DNA of 64,000 bases from an uncultured Thermoleophilia bacterium. Lineage in GTDB: Bacteria > Actinomycetota > Thermoleophilia > UBA2241. The stretch is from assembly GCA_963702475.1 (NCBI GenBank), contig CAVPCT010000006.1, forward strand, positions 1 through 64,000, read 5' to 3'. Positions 17,723 through 28,700 of the stretch are shown piece by piece. How positions within the stretch are numbered: position 1 is the stretch's first letter; the number at the start of each line of letters is the position of its first letter. Both the position numbers and the translations under genes were made by a program. The notes beneath the pieces are model-generated. The model saw only the letters and a list, made by a program, of their open reading frames with translations, was not told where the DNA came from and made no database searches.

Positions 17723-19378
17723 TCAGGGGCCCGGTGCAGTGGGCCGGTACGCCGGGCTCAAGGCGCCGCTCACGAGACGGTCGGCGTCCCCCCCCGTCGC
17801 GTCGAGCTGGTACACGTTGCCGGTGTCGTAGTCGTCGCGGTCGTACTCCGCGAACGCGATGGAGGCGCCGTCCGGGGACCACGAGAGATCCTGGACCATG
17901 ATCCCTTTGTACTTGGCGATGGTCCGCGGCTTGCCGCCCAGCGTCCTGTCGAAGACGTAGAAGACGGCCGGGTCGTTCTCGCCGCCGGTGCCCCGGATAG
18001 AGTGGCCGGTGAAGACGACCTTCTGGCCCGCCGGGTCCCAGGCGTACCCGGCGGGGAAGCTGAGCTCCTTGGACCGCATGATGGTGGAGCCGTTGGCGTC
18101 GACGACCGTGTAGCTGGTCCCCACGTCGCTGCCGGCGGCTCGGTAGATGATCGCCTGACCGTCGGGCGAGATGAGCGGCTCGTCGAACCGCCGCGCGTTC
18201 ACGTCGAAGTAGGCCTTACCCGTGCCGAGCTCCGTGACCGACCCGGCGGTGCGGTCCAGCAGCTCGAGCCGCTCGGTGGCGGTCGGCATATCGTAAGCGT
18301 TGGTCTTCTGGTCGGTGTACGTGACGTACGCGACCCTGCTGCCGTCGGCACTGCTGCTGACGGACACGCCGCGCAAGCTCGTCCCCGAGCCGTCTTGTAG
18401 CGGTCCCACGACTGTGGAGCTCCCCGCGTCGTACACGACGAGCTCGGCGACCTCGCCCTGGGCCGTCGGCTTCACGGTGAAGCCGGCCACGAGGAGCTCG
18501 GTGGGGCTGAGCCAGGCGACCGAGTCGACCGCCACCACCGCCGGCGTGGAGATGACGACCTCCGACAGTGATCCGGCGTCGATGTCCGCGATCCAGAGAC
18601 GGGCGCCGTTCCAGGCGCCGGCGACGCAGGCCAGCCGGCGCCCGTCGGGAGACCACGACACCTGGTAGGCCATGTCGCCGAGGGGGTCGCTGAGCGGCGT
18701 GATCTCGCCCTCGGCGCTGAGCAGGGACAGGATGTTGCCCTTGGCGCCGCCGGCGACGGCCATGGGAAAGCCCGGCGCGGTGGTAGGTGAGACGGACGGT
18801 GACGGCGAGGCCGACGCACTGGCCGAGGCGCTCGGGGAGGTGGTCGCAGGGGGCGACGGCGACGTGGATGCATGATCGTCGCCCTCGTCGCCGCCCGAGC
18901 GGATCAGGACCACCGCGACGGCCGCCGCCGCCGCGACGGCGATGACGACGAGCGCCACGATGAGCCATACCGGCAGGCTCCTGCGCGCGCCGCCGCCGGG
19001 CGAAGCGGGAGCCGGCGGCGGCGGGACGGCAGGCGGCGGTCCCTGCGGCGCGCCGGAAGGGGCGCCCGGCGGCGCAGTCGGCGACCGCGGAGTGTCGCCG
19101 GCGACACCTGTCGGCGCGGCGGCCGCGCCCGCGCCGCCGGGGCGGTTGGGGCGCGGCTCGATCTGCGTCTCGTCGACGGCGGACGTAGTGACCGGCGCGG
19201 GAGCGGGTCGGGCCCCGGCCCGGCCCACCATCTTGCCACATCCCAGGCAGAAGACGGCTTCGGGGGAGAGCGTGGCGCCACACGAGGGGCAGCTCCCGGG
19301 GAGCTCAGCGCCGCAGGCGGCGCAGAAGCGGGCGTCGTCGTCGTTGGCGCGCCCGCAGGTGGGGCAGGTGATCGCCAT
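17723..19378 (-). CDS. Double zinc-ribbon / Pro-rich / TM / TolB-like beta-propeller membrane protein
   Basis: Four CxxCG motifs, Pro-Ala linker, one TM, Ser/Pro linker, repeated WSPDG blades. Confidence 0.8.
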   Translation of the reverse strand: MAITCPTCGRANDDDARFCAACGAELPGSCPSCGATLSPEAVFCLGCGKMVGRAGARPAPAPVTTSAVDETQIEPRPNRPGGAGAAAAPTGVAGDTPRSPTAPPGAPSGAPQGPPPAVPPPPAPASPGGGARRSLPVWLIVALVVIAVAAAAAVAVVLIRSGGDEGDDHASTSPSPPATTSPSASASASASPSPSVSPTTAPGFPMAVAGGAKGNILSLLSAEGEITPLSDPLGDMAYQVSWSPDGRRLACVAGAWNGARLWIADIDAGSLSEVVISTPAVVAVDSVAWLSPTELLVAGFTVKPTAQGEVAELVVYDAGSSTVVGPLQDGSGTSLRGVSVSSSADGSRVAYVTYTDQKTNAYDMPTATERLELLDRTAGSVTELGTGKAYFDVNARRFDEPLISPDGQAIIYRAAGSDVGTSYTVVDANGSTIMRSKELSFPAGYAWDPAGQKVVFTGHSIRGTGGENDPAVFYVFDRTLGGKPRTIAKYKGIMVQDLSWSPDGASIAFAEYDRDDYDTGNVYQLDATGGDADRLVSGALSPAYRPTAPGP

Positions 19379-19466
19379 GCGTCCTCCGGGCGAGTCGGGG
19401 CGGTGCTGGCGTCATGGTATCGGCTTCACGGGCGCCCCGACAGGGCGAAGACGGCCGCCGTCCCGC

Positions 19467-20750
19467 CTATGCGGCGGCCGTGCCGCCCCGGGGTGCGGCC
19501 GGGCCGGGGCTCGGCGCGGCCTCAGTAGGGGCCTCGCCCCCCGCTCCCGCCCGCGCGGCCAGAGACCTGCCGACCCCGCCGCTTCCCAGGAGCATGACCG
19601 CGGCGGCCGCCACGGCCGCGACCGCCCCGTACACGAACGTGGCCCACGCCCCGAAGGCGCTCCAGAGCAGGCCGCCGACGGTGCTGGCGGCGAAACCGGC
19701 CAGCCCGGTCGCCGTGGAGTACAGGCCCAGGGCGGAGGCGCGCTGCCCGGAGGGGACGGCGCGCCCGACCAGGGCCTTGCTGGTCCCTTCCGTCGCGGCG
19801 ATGTACAGGCCGTAGGCCGCGAACAGCGCCGCCAGTGACCATCCTGAGCCTGCGACGGCGAAGCCGACGTACACGGCCGCGAACACGGCGTAGCCGGCGA
19901 GCACGAGCCGGTACTGACCCACGCGGTCGCTCAGGCCGCCGAGCGGCAGCGACGCGCCCGCGTACACGACGTTGTACAGCACGTACAGCAGGATCACCAG
20001 GGACGTGCTCAGGCCGGCTTCCTTGGCCCTCAGGAGGATGAACATGTCGCTGGAGTTGCCCAGGGCGAACACGAGCGAGCCCGCGAGCAGCCAGCGGAAG
20101 GCCGGCGAGGCCGGCAGCGCCAGGCGGAACGCCTGCCGGCGCGGCTCGGCGCGGTGCTCCTTCACCCGCCTCGCGATCACGAGCACGCTCAGCAGCGCCG
20201 GGACGACGGCGACGGCGAAGATCCAGCGCAGCGGCACGTCAAGCTCGACCAGCGCCAGCGCGACGAGCGGTCCGGCGACCGCGCCCAGGGTGTCCATGCT
20301 GCGATGCAGACCGAACGCCAGCCCCTGTCGCCCGGGCCGGACGCGCACGGCGATGAGGTCGTCGCGGGACGCCGTGCGCATGCCCTTGCCGAGGCGGTCG
20401 ATGAAACGCCCGGCCAGCGCCACCGGCCACACGAACGACAGAGCCAGGATCAGCTTGCCGGCGGCCGCGAGGCCGTAGCCGCCGAGCACGAACGGCCGGT
20501 GGCGGCCGGTGTAGTCCGCCGCCTGCCCGAAGGGGTACTTGGTGACGCTCGCGGTGGCCTCGGCGACACCCTCGATGAGCCCGAGCAACGCCACGGGCGC
20601 GCCGAGCACCGTCGTCACGAAGATCGGGAAGAGCGGGTAGACGATCTCCGAGCTGAGGTCGGCCAGCAGGCTCACCCAGCCGAGGACACGGATCTGGGGG
20701 TCGAGCCCGCGGAGCCCGTCACGCCGGGGCGCTGGATCCGCTCGCGTCAT
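19467..20750 (-). CDS. MFS transporter
   Basis: About 12 hydrophobic segments; DRLGKGMRT and LSDRVG motifs; leaderless TACCAT-N6-ATG; ends TAG. Confidence 0.9.
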   Translation of the reverse strand: MTRADPAPRRDGLRGLDPQIRVLGWVSLLADLSSEIVYPLFPIFVTTVLGAPVALLGLIEGVAEATASVTKYPFGQAADYTGRHRPFVLGGYGLAAAGKLILALSFVWPVALAGRFIDRLGKGMRTASRDDLIAVRVRPGRQGLAFGLHRSMDTLGAVAGPLVALALVELDVPLRWIFAVAVVPALLSVLVIARRVKEHRAEPRRQAFRLALPASPAFRWLLAGSLVFALGNSSDMFILLRAKEAGLSTSLVILLYVLYNVVYAGASLPLGGLSDRVGQYRLVLAGYAVFAAVYVGFAVAGSGWSLAALFAAYGLYIAATEGTSKALVGRAVPSGQRASALGLYSTATGLAGFAASTVGGLLWSAFGAWATFVYGAVAAVAAAAVMLLGSGGVGRSLAARAGAGGEAPTEAAPSPGPAAPRGGTAAA

Positions 20751-20944
20751 GCCCAGATGGTATCCCTACGCCGCGCAGGCGACCCATTGACTCTCGTTGA
20801 GGCCGGAGTCAGGCTGAGCGACACGGCTGTGTGGACACGCGAGACGTCGTCTGCCACCGCTCGAGATCCGACGGTGGCAGGACCCTGAGTCGTCGTCACT
20901 CGGACACGTCCCCTGCGGCCCGCGTCGATGGATGGAGGGTCGGC

Positions 20945-21469
20945 ATGGACAACGCCCGCAAGTACGCGTTCGCCTGGGACCTGCTCGGCGACATCGAGCT
21001 GGGCCGCCCCAACCTCGGGAACACGACTCGTCTCGAGGTGTACCGCCTCATGCAGTTCTGCTTCCGCGACGTCTTAGAGCAGCGCTACGGCACTGAGGCA
21101 GCCGACGAGGTGTTCTATGAGGCGGGACGCGTCGCCGGGCGTCACTTCGCCGAGCACCTGCTCTCGCGCCCGGACGACCTCGGTGACTACGTCGCCGATC
21201 TCCAGCGTGTGCTGCGTGAGCTCGGCATCGGGATCCTGCGGGTGGAGAAGGCCGACGTCGAGAAGGGGACGTTCGTGGTCACCGTCTCCGAGGACCTGGA
21301 CTGCTCTGGACTGCCGGACACTGGCGATTCGATCTGCACGTACGACGAGGGCTTCATCGCGGCGCTGCTGGAGAGTTACACGGGGCGGTCCTTCAAGGTC
21401 AAGGAAGTGGACTGCTGGTGCACCGGCGACCGCACCTGCCGGTTCACCGCCGAGACCGTCGCGGGGTGA
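20945..21469 (+). CDS. V4R (4-vinyl reductase) domain protein
   Basis: EDLDCSGLP...ICTYDEGF...EVDCWCTGDRTCRF; GGAGG RBS. Confidence 0.85.
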   Translation: MDNARKYAFAWDLLGDIELGRPNLGNTTRLEVYRLMQFCFRDVLEQRYGTEAADEVFYEAGRVAGRHFAEHLLSRPDDLGDYVADLQRVLRELGIGILRVEKADVEKGTFVVTVSEDLDCSGLPDTGDSICTYDEGFIAALLESYTGRSFKVKEVDCWCTGDRTCRFTAETVAG

Positions 21470-22365
21470 GCGGTACGGCGCAGGACGCGCTTCTCGGCGC
21501 CGGCCTCGACGCGGTCGCCGCGACGCTGCGTACCGGCAGACGGCCTGAGTTGCCGCCAGAGCTGGCGCGTCATGCTGAGCTCGAGCGGCTCCTCGACGAG
21601 CTCGTCTCACTCAACCGCTTCGTCCTGGCGGTGAGCAACGGCGACCTCGACGTGGGTCTCGCCCTGCGCGGCAGCGTGGCCGGAGCGCTCAAGAACCTGC
21701 AGGCCTCCTTGCGCCATCTGACCTGGCAGACGCAGCGCGTCGCTCAGGGTGACTTCAGCCAGCGTGTGGAGTTCATGGGCGAGTTCTCGGAAGCGTTCAA
21801 CTCGATGGTGGCCGCGCTGGCTCGTGCCAGAGAGGAGCTCGCCGAGCGGAACGAGCAGCTCCTGGCGCAGGCCTTCAAGCTGGAGGAGCTCGCCACCCAC
21901 GACGCCCTCACCGGTGTGTTCAACCGGCGCAAGCTCAACGAGCTCATCGGCATCGAGCTGGAGCGCGCGGGCAGGTACGGCACGGCCCTTTCGCTGGTAC
22001 TCCTGGACCTCGACCACTTCAAGCGTGTCAACGACACGCTTGGTCACGAGGGGGGCGACCGGGTGCTGGTCGCCGTGGCGGAGCTCCTCCGGAACGGCGT
22101 TCGCGGGGTGGACGGTGTGGCCCGCTGGGGCGGCGAGGAGTTCGTCGTGGTGCTTCCGCAGGTAGATCGCTCCGGAGCGGCGGAACTCGCCGAGCGGTTG
22201 CGCAGAGCTGTGCGTGACCGCCGGCTTGCGGGAGATGTCACGGTGAGTTGCGGCGTGGCGGAGCATCAGCCGCCGGAGACCGCGGACGACCTGTTCACTC
22301 GCGCCGACCGCGCCATGTACCTGGCCAAGGCGCATGGGCGCGACAGGGTCGAGGTAGCGGACTGA
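21466..22365 (+). CDS. Diguanylate cyclase with HAMP-like region
   Basis: HDALTGVFNRR, DLDHFKRVND.LGH..GD, RWGGEEF, ADRAMY.AK..GR; GTGA overlap with the V4R gene. Confidence 0.92.
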   Translation: MSGTAQDALLGAGLDAVAATLRTGRRPELPPELARHAELERLLDELVSLNRFVLAVSNGDLDVGLALRGSVAGALKNLQASLRHLTWQTQRVAQGDFSQRVEFMGEFSEAFNSMVAALARAREELAERNEQLLAQAFKLEELATHDALTGVFNRRKLNELIGIELERAGRYGTALSLVLLDLDHFKRVNDTLGHEGGDRVLVAVAELLRNGVRGVDGVARWGGEEFVVVLPQVDRSGAAELAERLRRAVRDRRLAGDVTVSCGVAEHQPPETADDLFTRADRAMYLAKAHGRDRVEVAD

Positions 22366-22413
22366 TGCGCGGGCGCGGCAAGGGCCGCCTCGCCGCTGCC
22401 CGGGACGTGCCGC

Positions 22414-22812
22414 TCAGAAGGCGCCGGGGCCGATGTACGAATCCAGGTCGGCCCCACACTCCTCGTAGATGCCCCACACCTTCTTCACCGGGCTGAGGTT
22501 CTTCCAGTAGCCCTTGCTGCCCTGGGGCGTGATGAGGATGTCGCCGGGTCCGGCGACCAGGACCTCACCGTCGTCGTCGGTGATCTCCACCTCCCCCTCG
22601 ATGATGTAGGCGATCTCGTGGTAGCCGCGCTCGAAGTGTCTTCGCTGCTCGTCGCGCTGCCACAGACCGAAGCTGAACCTCTCGTCCACGGAGTGGGCCG
22701 CGGTGAACTCCTTGCCCGGCGGCTCCGTCTCGTGCGACGAGCGCATCGCCTCTTCCCAGATAACGTCGTCGGGCTTGATGACGCGGATCTTCGTAGAACG
22801 CGCCGGCACCAT
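22414..22812 (-). CDS. Cupin-domain protein (DUF861-like)
   Basis: GLW...EIAYIIEGEV...GPGDI...P.G.KG.W; GGAGG RBS. Confidence 0.75.
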   Translation of the reverse strand: MVPARSTKIRVIKPDDVIWEEAMRSSHETEPPGKEFTAAHSVDERFSFGLWQRDEQRRHFERGYHEIAYIIEGEVEITDDDGEVLVAGPGDILITPQGSKGYWKNLSPVKKVWGIYEECGADLDSYIGPGAF

Positions 22813-22979
22813 GGGGACCCCTCCGTGTGAGCGACGTGGCCGTGTCGCTCCGAGCCTACAGCCTCGGCGCGGCGCTGTCGCCGTGGCGCGTGCTGCCCAC
22901 CCGGTTTCGTGTACCGTTGCCGCTACGCCTCCACAGCCATCCCGCGGCCGGCCCGGCGGACGAACGAACGGAGCAGGAC

Positions 22980-24371
22980 ATGAGACGTGACAACACGCGG
23001 CTGATCGCCGACCTGAGCGCCGAGCATGCGGCACACTTCCCGATGTCGGGGGAGCTCGCCCCCAGAGCCGAACAGGTGATGGTCGACGGTGGCAGCCACG
23101 GGTTCCGCCTCACGCGTCCTTTCCCCGTGCGCATCACCGGCGCGCGCGGGGCGTACGTCGGCGACGTGGACGGTCACGAGCTCCTGGACTTCTGGCAGGG
23201 CCACTTCGCCAACGTCCTGGGCAACAACCCACCTGTGGTGACGTCGGTGCTGGCCGCGGCTTTCGCCGGCGGTCAGGGTCTGCAGCACGGGCAGACCGAG
23301 GAGCTGCAGATCGAGACGGCCGAGCTCGTGTGCTCCTGCCTGCACGCCGACAAGGTGCGCTTCACCACGAGTGGGTCGCTGTCGACCATGTACGCCATCA
23401 TGCTGGCGCGGGCGTTCACCGGTCGTGACCTGGTGCTCAAGGTGACGACCGGCTGGCACGGCGCCCAGCCGTGGGGCCTGCACGGTGTGTACAACCGCGG
23501 CGGGGACCGGCCCTGGGGGCCGGAGAGCGAGGGCCTGCCCAGAAGTGCCGCCGACGACGTCGTGCTCACCCGCTTCAATGAGCTCGACGCGCTGGAGGAG
23601 GATTTTCGCCGCTACGGCGATCGGCTCGCCTGCTTCATCGTCGAGCCCATGGCGGGCGCGGGGAGCTTCATCTTCGCGCGCCCGGAGTACCTGCGCGCCG
23701 CGCACGAGCTCTGCGAGCGGCACGGCGCGCTGCTGATCTGCGACGAGGTCATCAGCGCCTTCCGCTTCTGCGCCGGCGACCTGGCCTCGCTGTACGGGGT
23801 CCGGCCCGATCTCGTCACGGTCGGCAAGGTCTTCGGCGGCGGCATGCCGGTTGCCGCCGTCGCCGGCCGCGACGACGTGATGGCCTTGTGTGGCGAGGCC
23901 GGCGGGAGCCGCGTGTCCTTCACCGGCGGCACGTACTCCGCGCACCCCGCCGGCATGCTGGCCACGCGCACGATGGTGTCCTACCTGCGCGACCACGAGG
24001 CGGAGGTCTACCCGCGCCTCGCGCAGATCGGCGACGCCATGCGCGCGGCCATCGCCGACGGCTTCGCGGAGGGCGGCGTGACGGCGCACTGCAGCGGCGG
24101 CGCCGGCGAGGCCGGCATCGGCAGCTCGCTGACGGGGATCCACTTCCCGCACGACCCCGATGCCCCGCTCGATCGGCCGCACGTACTCCACGACCCGGAG
24201 CTGAGCGACGTGGAGCTGAGCCACAAGATCCTGCACCTTGCCCTGCTGCTCGAGGACGTGTACGTGCTCTACGGCTGCTGCGCCGCGAGCACCGCGCACA
24301 CCGAGACCGACATGGAGCGTCTGCGGGAGGCCTGCGCCGCCGCAGGGCGGCGCATCAGGCCGTATCTCTGA
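22980..24371 (+). CDS. Class III PLP aminotransferase (GSA-aminomutase-like)
   Basis: GAYVGDVDG, RFTTSG, GWHG, IVEP, LICDEVIS.FR, GKVFGGGMP and GGTYS motifs. Confidence 0.88.
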   Translation: MRRDNTRLIADLSAEHAAHFPMSGELAPRAEQVMVDGGSHGFRLTRPFPVRITGARGAYVGDVDGHELLDFWQGHFANVLGNNPPVVTSVLAAAFAGGQGLQHGQTEELQIETAELVCSCLHADKVRFTTSGSLSTMYAIMLARAFTGRDLVLKVTTGWHGAQPWGLHGVYNRGGDRPWGPESEGLPRSAADDVVLTRFNELDALEEDFRRYGDRLACFIVEPMAGAGSFIFARPEYLRAAHELCERHGALLICDEVISAFRFCAGDLASLYGVRPDLVTVGKVFGGGMPVAAVAGRDDVMALCGEAGGSRVSFTGGTYSAHPAGMLATRTMVSYLRDHEAEVYPRLAQIGDAMRAAIADGFAEGGVTAHCSGGAGEAGIGSSLTGIHFPHDPDAPLDRPHVLHDPELSDVELSHKILHLALLLEDVYVLYGCCAASTAHTETDMERLREACAAAGRRIRPYL

Positions 24372-24395
24372 CGCCACGGCGACGGTCGTCGCCGG

Positions 24396-25658
24396 TCAGG
24401 CCGTTGAGGCGCCGGACAGCAGCATCGTCAGGGCGGTGCCCAGCTGTGGGTCTCCCCGTTTCAGCCCCAGCTTGCGGCGGATGTTGCCACGGTGGAACTC
24501 CACGGCCGAGCGGGAGATGTGGAGCAGCTCCGCGATCTGGTCCGTCGTCTTCCCGACCCGGATGTAGCCGGCCACCTCCAACTCGCGGCGCGTGAGAGCC
24601 GGGCCAGCCTGGCTCGGCGCAGAGAGGCGCGCCGCGAACGGTCGCGTGATCTCGGCCAGGTTGTCGCGGAGCGCCTTCACGACCTCGACCTCGGGCTCGG
24701 CGCGCAGCTGCCGCTGGAGCTGATCCAGGGCCGGAGTTATGAGGAGGTCGAGGTTGGCCGCGATGCGCCTCTCGAGTTCGAGCTTGTCGTCGTTGAGCTG
24801 CTCGAGCACGACCCGCAGTGCGGTGTTCGAATCCTGCAGCCGTTGCTCGAGCAGCTTGTGGCCGGTGATATCCGTGCACAAGCAGAAGAACGAGTCCTCA
24901 TCGCCGATGCGGCAGGGGACGATCGTGACCATGACCGTCCGCGCGGTCCCGCCGACGTCCAGGAGGGCCTCGGCTTCGAGGCGCTCTTCGGAGGAGAAGG
25001 CCTTGGCGACCAGCGCGTGGAGTTCCTCGGGGAAGTCGCGCCAGAAGTCGCTGTCGCCCATGTGGGCCGCGTCCCGGTCCCAGAACGACAGGGCCGCGCC
25101 GTTCGCCTCCAGGTAGCGGCCGTCCCGGTTCACGCGCACCGCCGGGTTGGCGGCGCCGATGAACAGCGTGCGGTGCAGCTCGGCCGCCTGCTCGAGGGCG
25201 AGACGTGCATCGCGCTCCCGCGTCGTGTCGCGGATCGTCCCGATCATCCGTGCGGGGTGCCCGCGTTGGTCGCGGGCGATGACGCCCGTGTCCCGCACCC
25301 AGACGTAGGCGCCGTCCGCGCGTCGCAGGCGGTACTCGTCGTCCCACGTGGAACCCCGGCGAAAGGCGGCCGCCAGCGAGCGCAGGACGCGGTCCTCGTC
25401 GTCGTCGTGCAGCAGCTCCAGCCAGGCGTAGAACCAGCGGCGCGCCGACCCCGCGGGCTGCCCGAGGAGATCGTCGAAGTGCTCCGAGAAATAGTTGTCG
25501 CCGGTCGCGATGTCCCAGTCGTAGTACGCGTCGAACGACACGCCGACGATGGCGCGGAAGCGGGCGTCGTCGGCTGCCAGCTCGCGCAGGGGGGCGCTCG
25601 TGAGCAGCTCGTCCGCCTCGCTCACGAGTGCGTGCCGCCCTGCGTCGTCGTTCCCCAC
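24396..25658 (-). CDS. PAS-PAS-LuxR transcriptional regulator
   Basis: PAS/PAC (LHDDD...EYRLRRADG.Y.WV.D.G) and LTRRELEVA...GKTT.QIA..L.IS...VEFHR.NIRRKLG. Confidence 0.9.
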   Translation of the reverse strand: MGNDDAGRHALVSEADELLTSAPLRELAADDARFRAIVGVSFDAYYDWDIATGDNYFSEHFDDLLGQPAGSARRWFYAWLELLHDDDEDRVLRSLAAAFRRGSTWDDEYRLRRADGAYVWVRDTGVIARDQRGHPARMIGTIRDTTRERDARLALEQAAELHRTLFIGAANPAVRVNRDGRYLEANGAALSFWDRDAAHMGDSDFWRDFPEELHALVAKAFSSEERLEAEALLDVGGTARTVMVTIVPCRIGDEDSFFCLCTDITGHKLLEQRLQDSNTALRVVLEQLNDDKLELERRIAANLDLLITPALDQLQRQLRAEPEVEVVKALRDNLAEITRPFAARLSAPSQAGPALTRRELEVAGYIRVGKTTDQIAELLHISRSAVEFHRGNIRRKLGLKRGDPQLGTALTMLLSGASTA

Positions 25659-25711
25659 GTCATGCGGCTCAGTCTCACAGCATCGCGGCGTCCGGGCAAC
25701 GCCGTGACCCC

Positions 25712-28700
25712 TCAGCGCGCGAGCTCGCTCAGCTCATCGGGAGGCACGAACCCGCGTCGCAGGGTGTTCTCCGTGACGACCCGGGGCTCGAGGTACTGGA
25801 CGAGGTACGACGCTGTGGGGTGTCTCGGCCGGGAGCGGCCGACGTCCGCGACCACGCGCTTGACGCGGTCCCCGGACCGGGCACGCGCGGCCACCGCCGC
25901 CACCTGCTCGGCCGTCGCCCGCGTGCCGGTGAGGGCGATGAGATCGACGCCGGGATGTGCGACGAGCTCGTCGCCGCGGGCCGCCCCCGGCAGCGGCAGG
26001 AAGCCGACGCTCTCGGCCGGGAACCCCGCGGACACCAGGAGGCGCACGAGGAGCGCCACGCACTCCTTGGCCCGGCCCCCCGGCTTGATCACCACGGGAT
26101 CGCCGGCGGCGAGGGCGGAGCCGGCCGTGGTGCAGATGCTGCTCAGCGGCCACTGTGACGAGCCCAGGACCAGCACAAGACCGCGCGGCTGGTAGGAGTA
26201 GTGGTTGAGCTCGCCCGGCTGATGGCCCATGCGCCTGACGCGGTCCACCTGCGGGACGAGCGCCGCGATGCGCTCGAGGCAGTCGGCGGCGTCCCGGACT
26301 TCCTTGGCCGCCCAGTGGACCGCGGCGTCGCTTTCGGCGTCGTCCGATGCTGCGAGCACGCCGGCCCGGAGCTCCCGGCTGTGCCGGCGTACGAGCTCGG
26401 CGGCCCGCGCGAGCCGCACAGCCCTGTCGGCCGCAGACGTTCGCGCGAGCGGGGCGCCGGACGCGGCGGCCCGCACGATGACGGCGTCCGCATCCGGCCC
26501 TGGTGGCCGGCGCGTCTCGCTTCGGGACGCCACAGACTCGGCTTCGGGGCTCGGCGCGCGTTCGCCGTCAGCGGCGGCCCGCCTCGCCTCGCCCATGAAC
26601 TGGGCGAGGTAGTCGGGGCCACCCGCCTTCGAGCCGACGCCGCTCATCTTGAAACCGCCGAAGGCCTGGCGCTCGACCAGCGCTCCCGTCGTCCCGCGGT
26701 TGATGTAGAGGTTGCCGACGAGGAACTCGCGCCGCACGCGCGAGATGGTGGCCGGGCTGCGGCTTATGAGGCCCCCGGTGAGGGCGTACTGCGTGCCGTT
26801 GGCGATGGCCAGCGCCTCGTCCATGTCGCGCGCCTTGATGACGGCGACCACGGGCCCGAAGATCTCCTCCTGGGCGATCACGGCTCCGGGAGCGACGTCG
26901 GCGAAGATGTGCGGGCCCACGTAGTACCCGCCGCCGGGCCAGCCGCCCTCCGGCGGGTCGGTCGTCAGGACCGGCCTGCCCTCCCGCTTGCCCTGGTCGA
27001 TGTAGCGTTCGATGGTCGCCCTGGCCTCGGCGGTGATGACCGGGCCCATGCGGCTGGCCGGGTCCTCGGGCGGGCCCACCACGACGGATCGGGCAGCGTC
27101 GACGAAGCGTGTGAGGAACTCGTCGTAGGCGCTCTCGAGGACCACGATCCGCGAGGCGGCGGAGCACTTCTGTCCCTGGTAGTGGAACGCGCTGACGACG
27201 CTCTCCAGCACCGCCACGTCGAGGTCCGCGTCGGCGTCGACGATCAGCGCGTTCTTGCCCCCCATCTCCGCGATGACCTGCTTCAGGCCACGGCGCGACG
27301 GGTGGCTCGCAGCCTGCTCGATGATGCGCAGACCGACGTCCCTGGAGCCCGTGAAGGCGATCAACTCGACGTCCGGGTGTCGCACGAGCTGCTCCCCCAC
27401 CGTCCCGCCCGGACAGGGCAGGTAGTTGACGGTCCCTGCCGGCGCGCCGGCCTCGTGGAGGATGCGCGCCAGTTGCGCGCCGATCACCGGCGTCGGACCG
27501 GCAGGCTTCACGATGACGGTGTTGCCCGTCACAAGAGCCGCGCCAGTCATGCCGGTGAGGATGGCGAGCGGGAAGTTCCAGGGGGCGACGATGAGCGCCA
27601 CCCCGAGCGGGGACAGCGCGTCCGCGTCGTCTTCGCGGCCCCGGGCGAGCTGCCCGTCGGCGTCGAGCCGGAGGGTCTCGCGGCCGTAGTACTCCAGGAA
27701 GTCGACGGCCTCCCCGACGTCGGCGTCGGCCTCGCGCCACGTCTTGCCCGCCTCGAAGACCTCGAGGGCGGCCAGGTCGAACGACTCCCTGCGCATGAGC
27801 TCGGCCGCGTGGAACAGGACGAGTGCGCGCTCGGCCACCGGCGCCTCGCTCCAGGAGACGAAGGCGGTGCGCGCCGCCTTCACGGCGCGCTCGGCTTCGT
27901 CGGGGCCGGCGACGGCGACCGTGCCCACCGTCTCGGCCGGCCGCGCGGGGTTCACGGAAGTGGTGCGGTCCGCGGTGTCGACCGGCTCGCCTCCGATCCA
28001 CAGGGGCCAGTGTCGGCCCAGGCCTCCGGCGGCCACACCGGACCCGACCCGCTCGAGAGCCGCTGCGAACGCCGCGCGGTTCTCCGGACGGGCGAAGTCG
28101 GCGTGCGGCTGGTTCGCGAACGCGCCGGGGAATGCCGGGTCGGTGGGGGCCGATGCCGGCAGTCGCCGGGCCGCGCTGTCGACGTCCGCGGAGCCCGCGG
28201 GCGCGCGGACGAGCCGGTCCCTGTCGGCCCCGTCCGCGAACGTGAGCCGCAGGAACGACTCGTTCGCCGTGTTCTCCAGCAGGCGGCGGACGAAGTAGGC
28301 CATACCGGGGATCAGCTCGCCGACGGGTGCGTACTCGCGCAGCCGCAGACCGAGGCTCCTGACGGCTGCCTTGATCGGCTCGCCCATGCCGTGCAGCATC
28401 TGCACTTCGTAGGCGTCGGAGGGCAGGCCCAGAGCCTCCGCCACGGCGATGGCGCACGCCAGCGAGCGCACGTTGTGGCTGGCGAAGGCAGAGCGGATCT
28501 GATCGGGGTGCTCGAGCATCAGGCGCGTGATGCGCTCGTAGTTCACGTCGGAATCGGGCTTGTGCGTGAACACCGGCGGCGGCCAGCCTTCCTGCGCCGC
28601 CAGGACGGTCTCGTAGTCCCAGTAGGCGCCCTTGACCAGGCGCACGGTGACGACGCGCCGGTGCGCCCTCGCCCAGGCGATGAGGTCGCGGACATCATCC

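Noticed and set aside
18780-19140. Repeat-like low-complexity tracts (also the HdrB and FlxD tails)
   Set aside because: Pro/Ser/Ala protein linkers; no regular repeat-spacer structure, so not CRISPR or VNTR.
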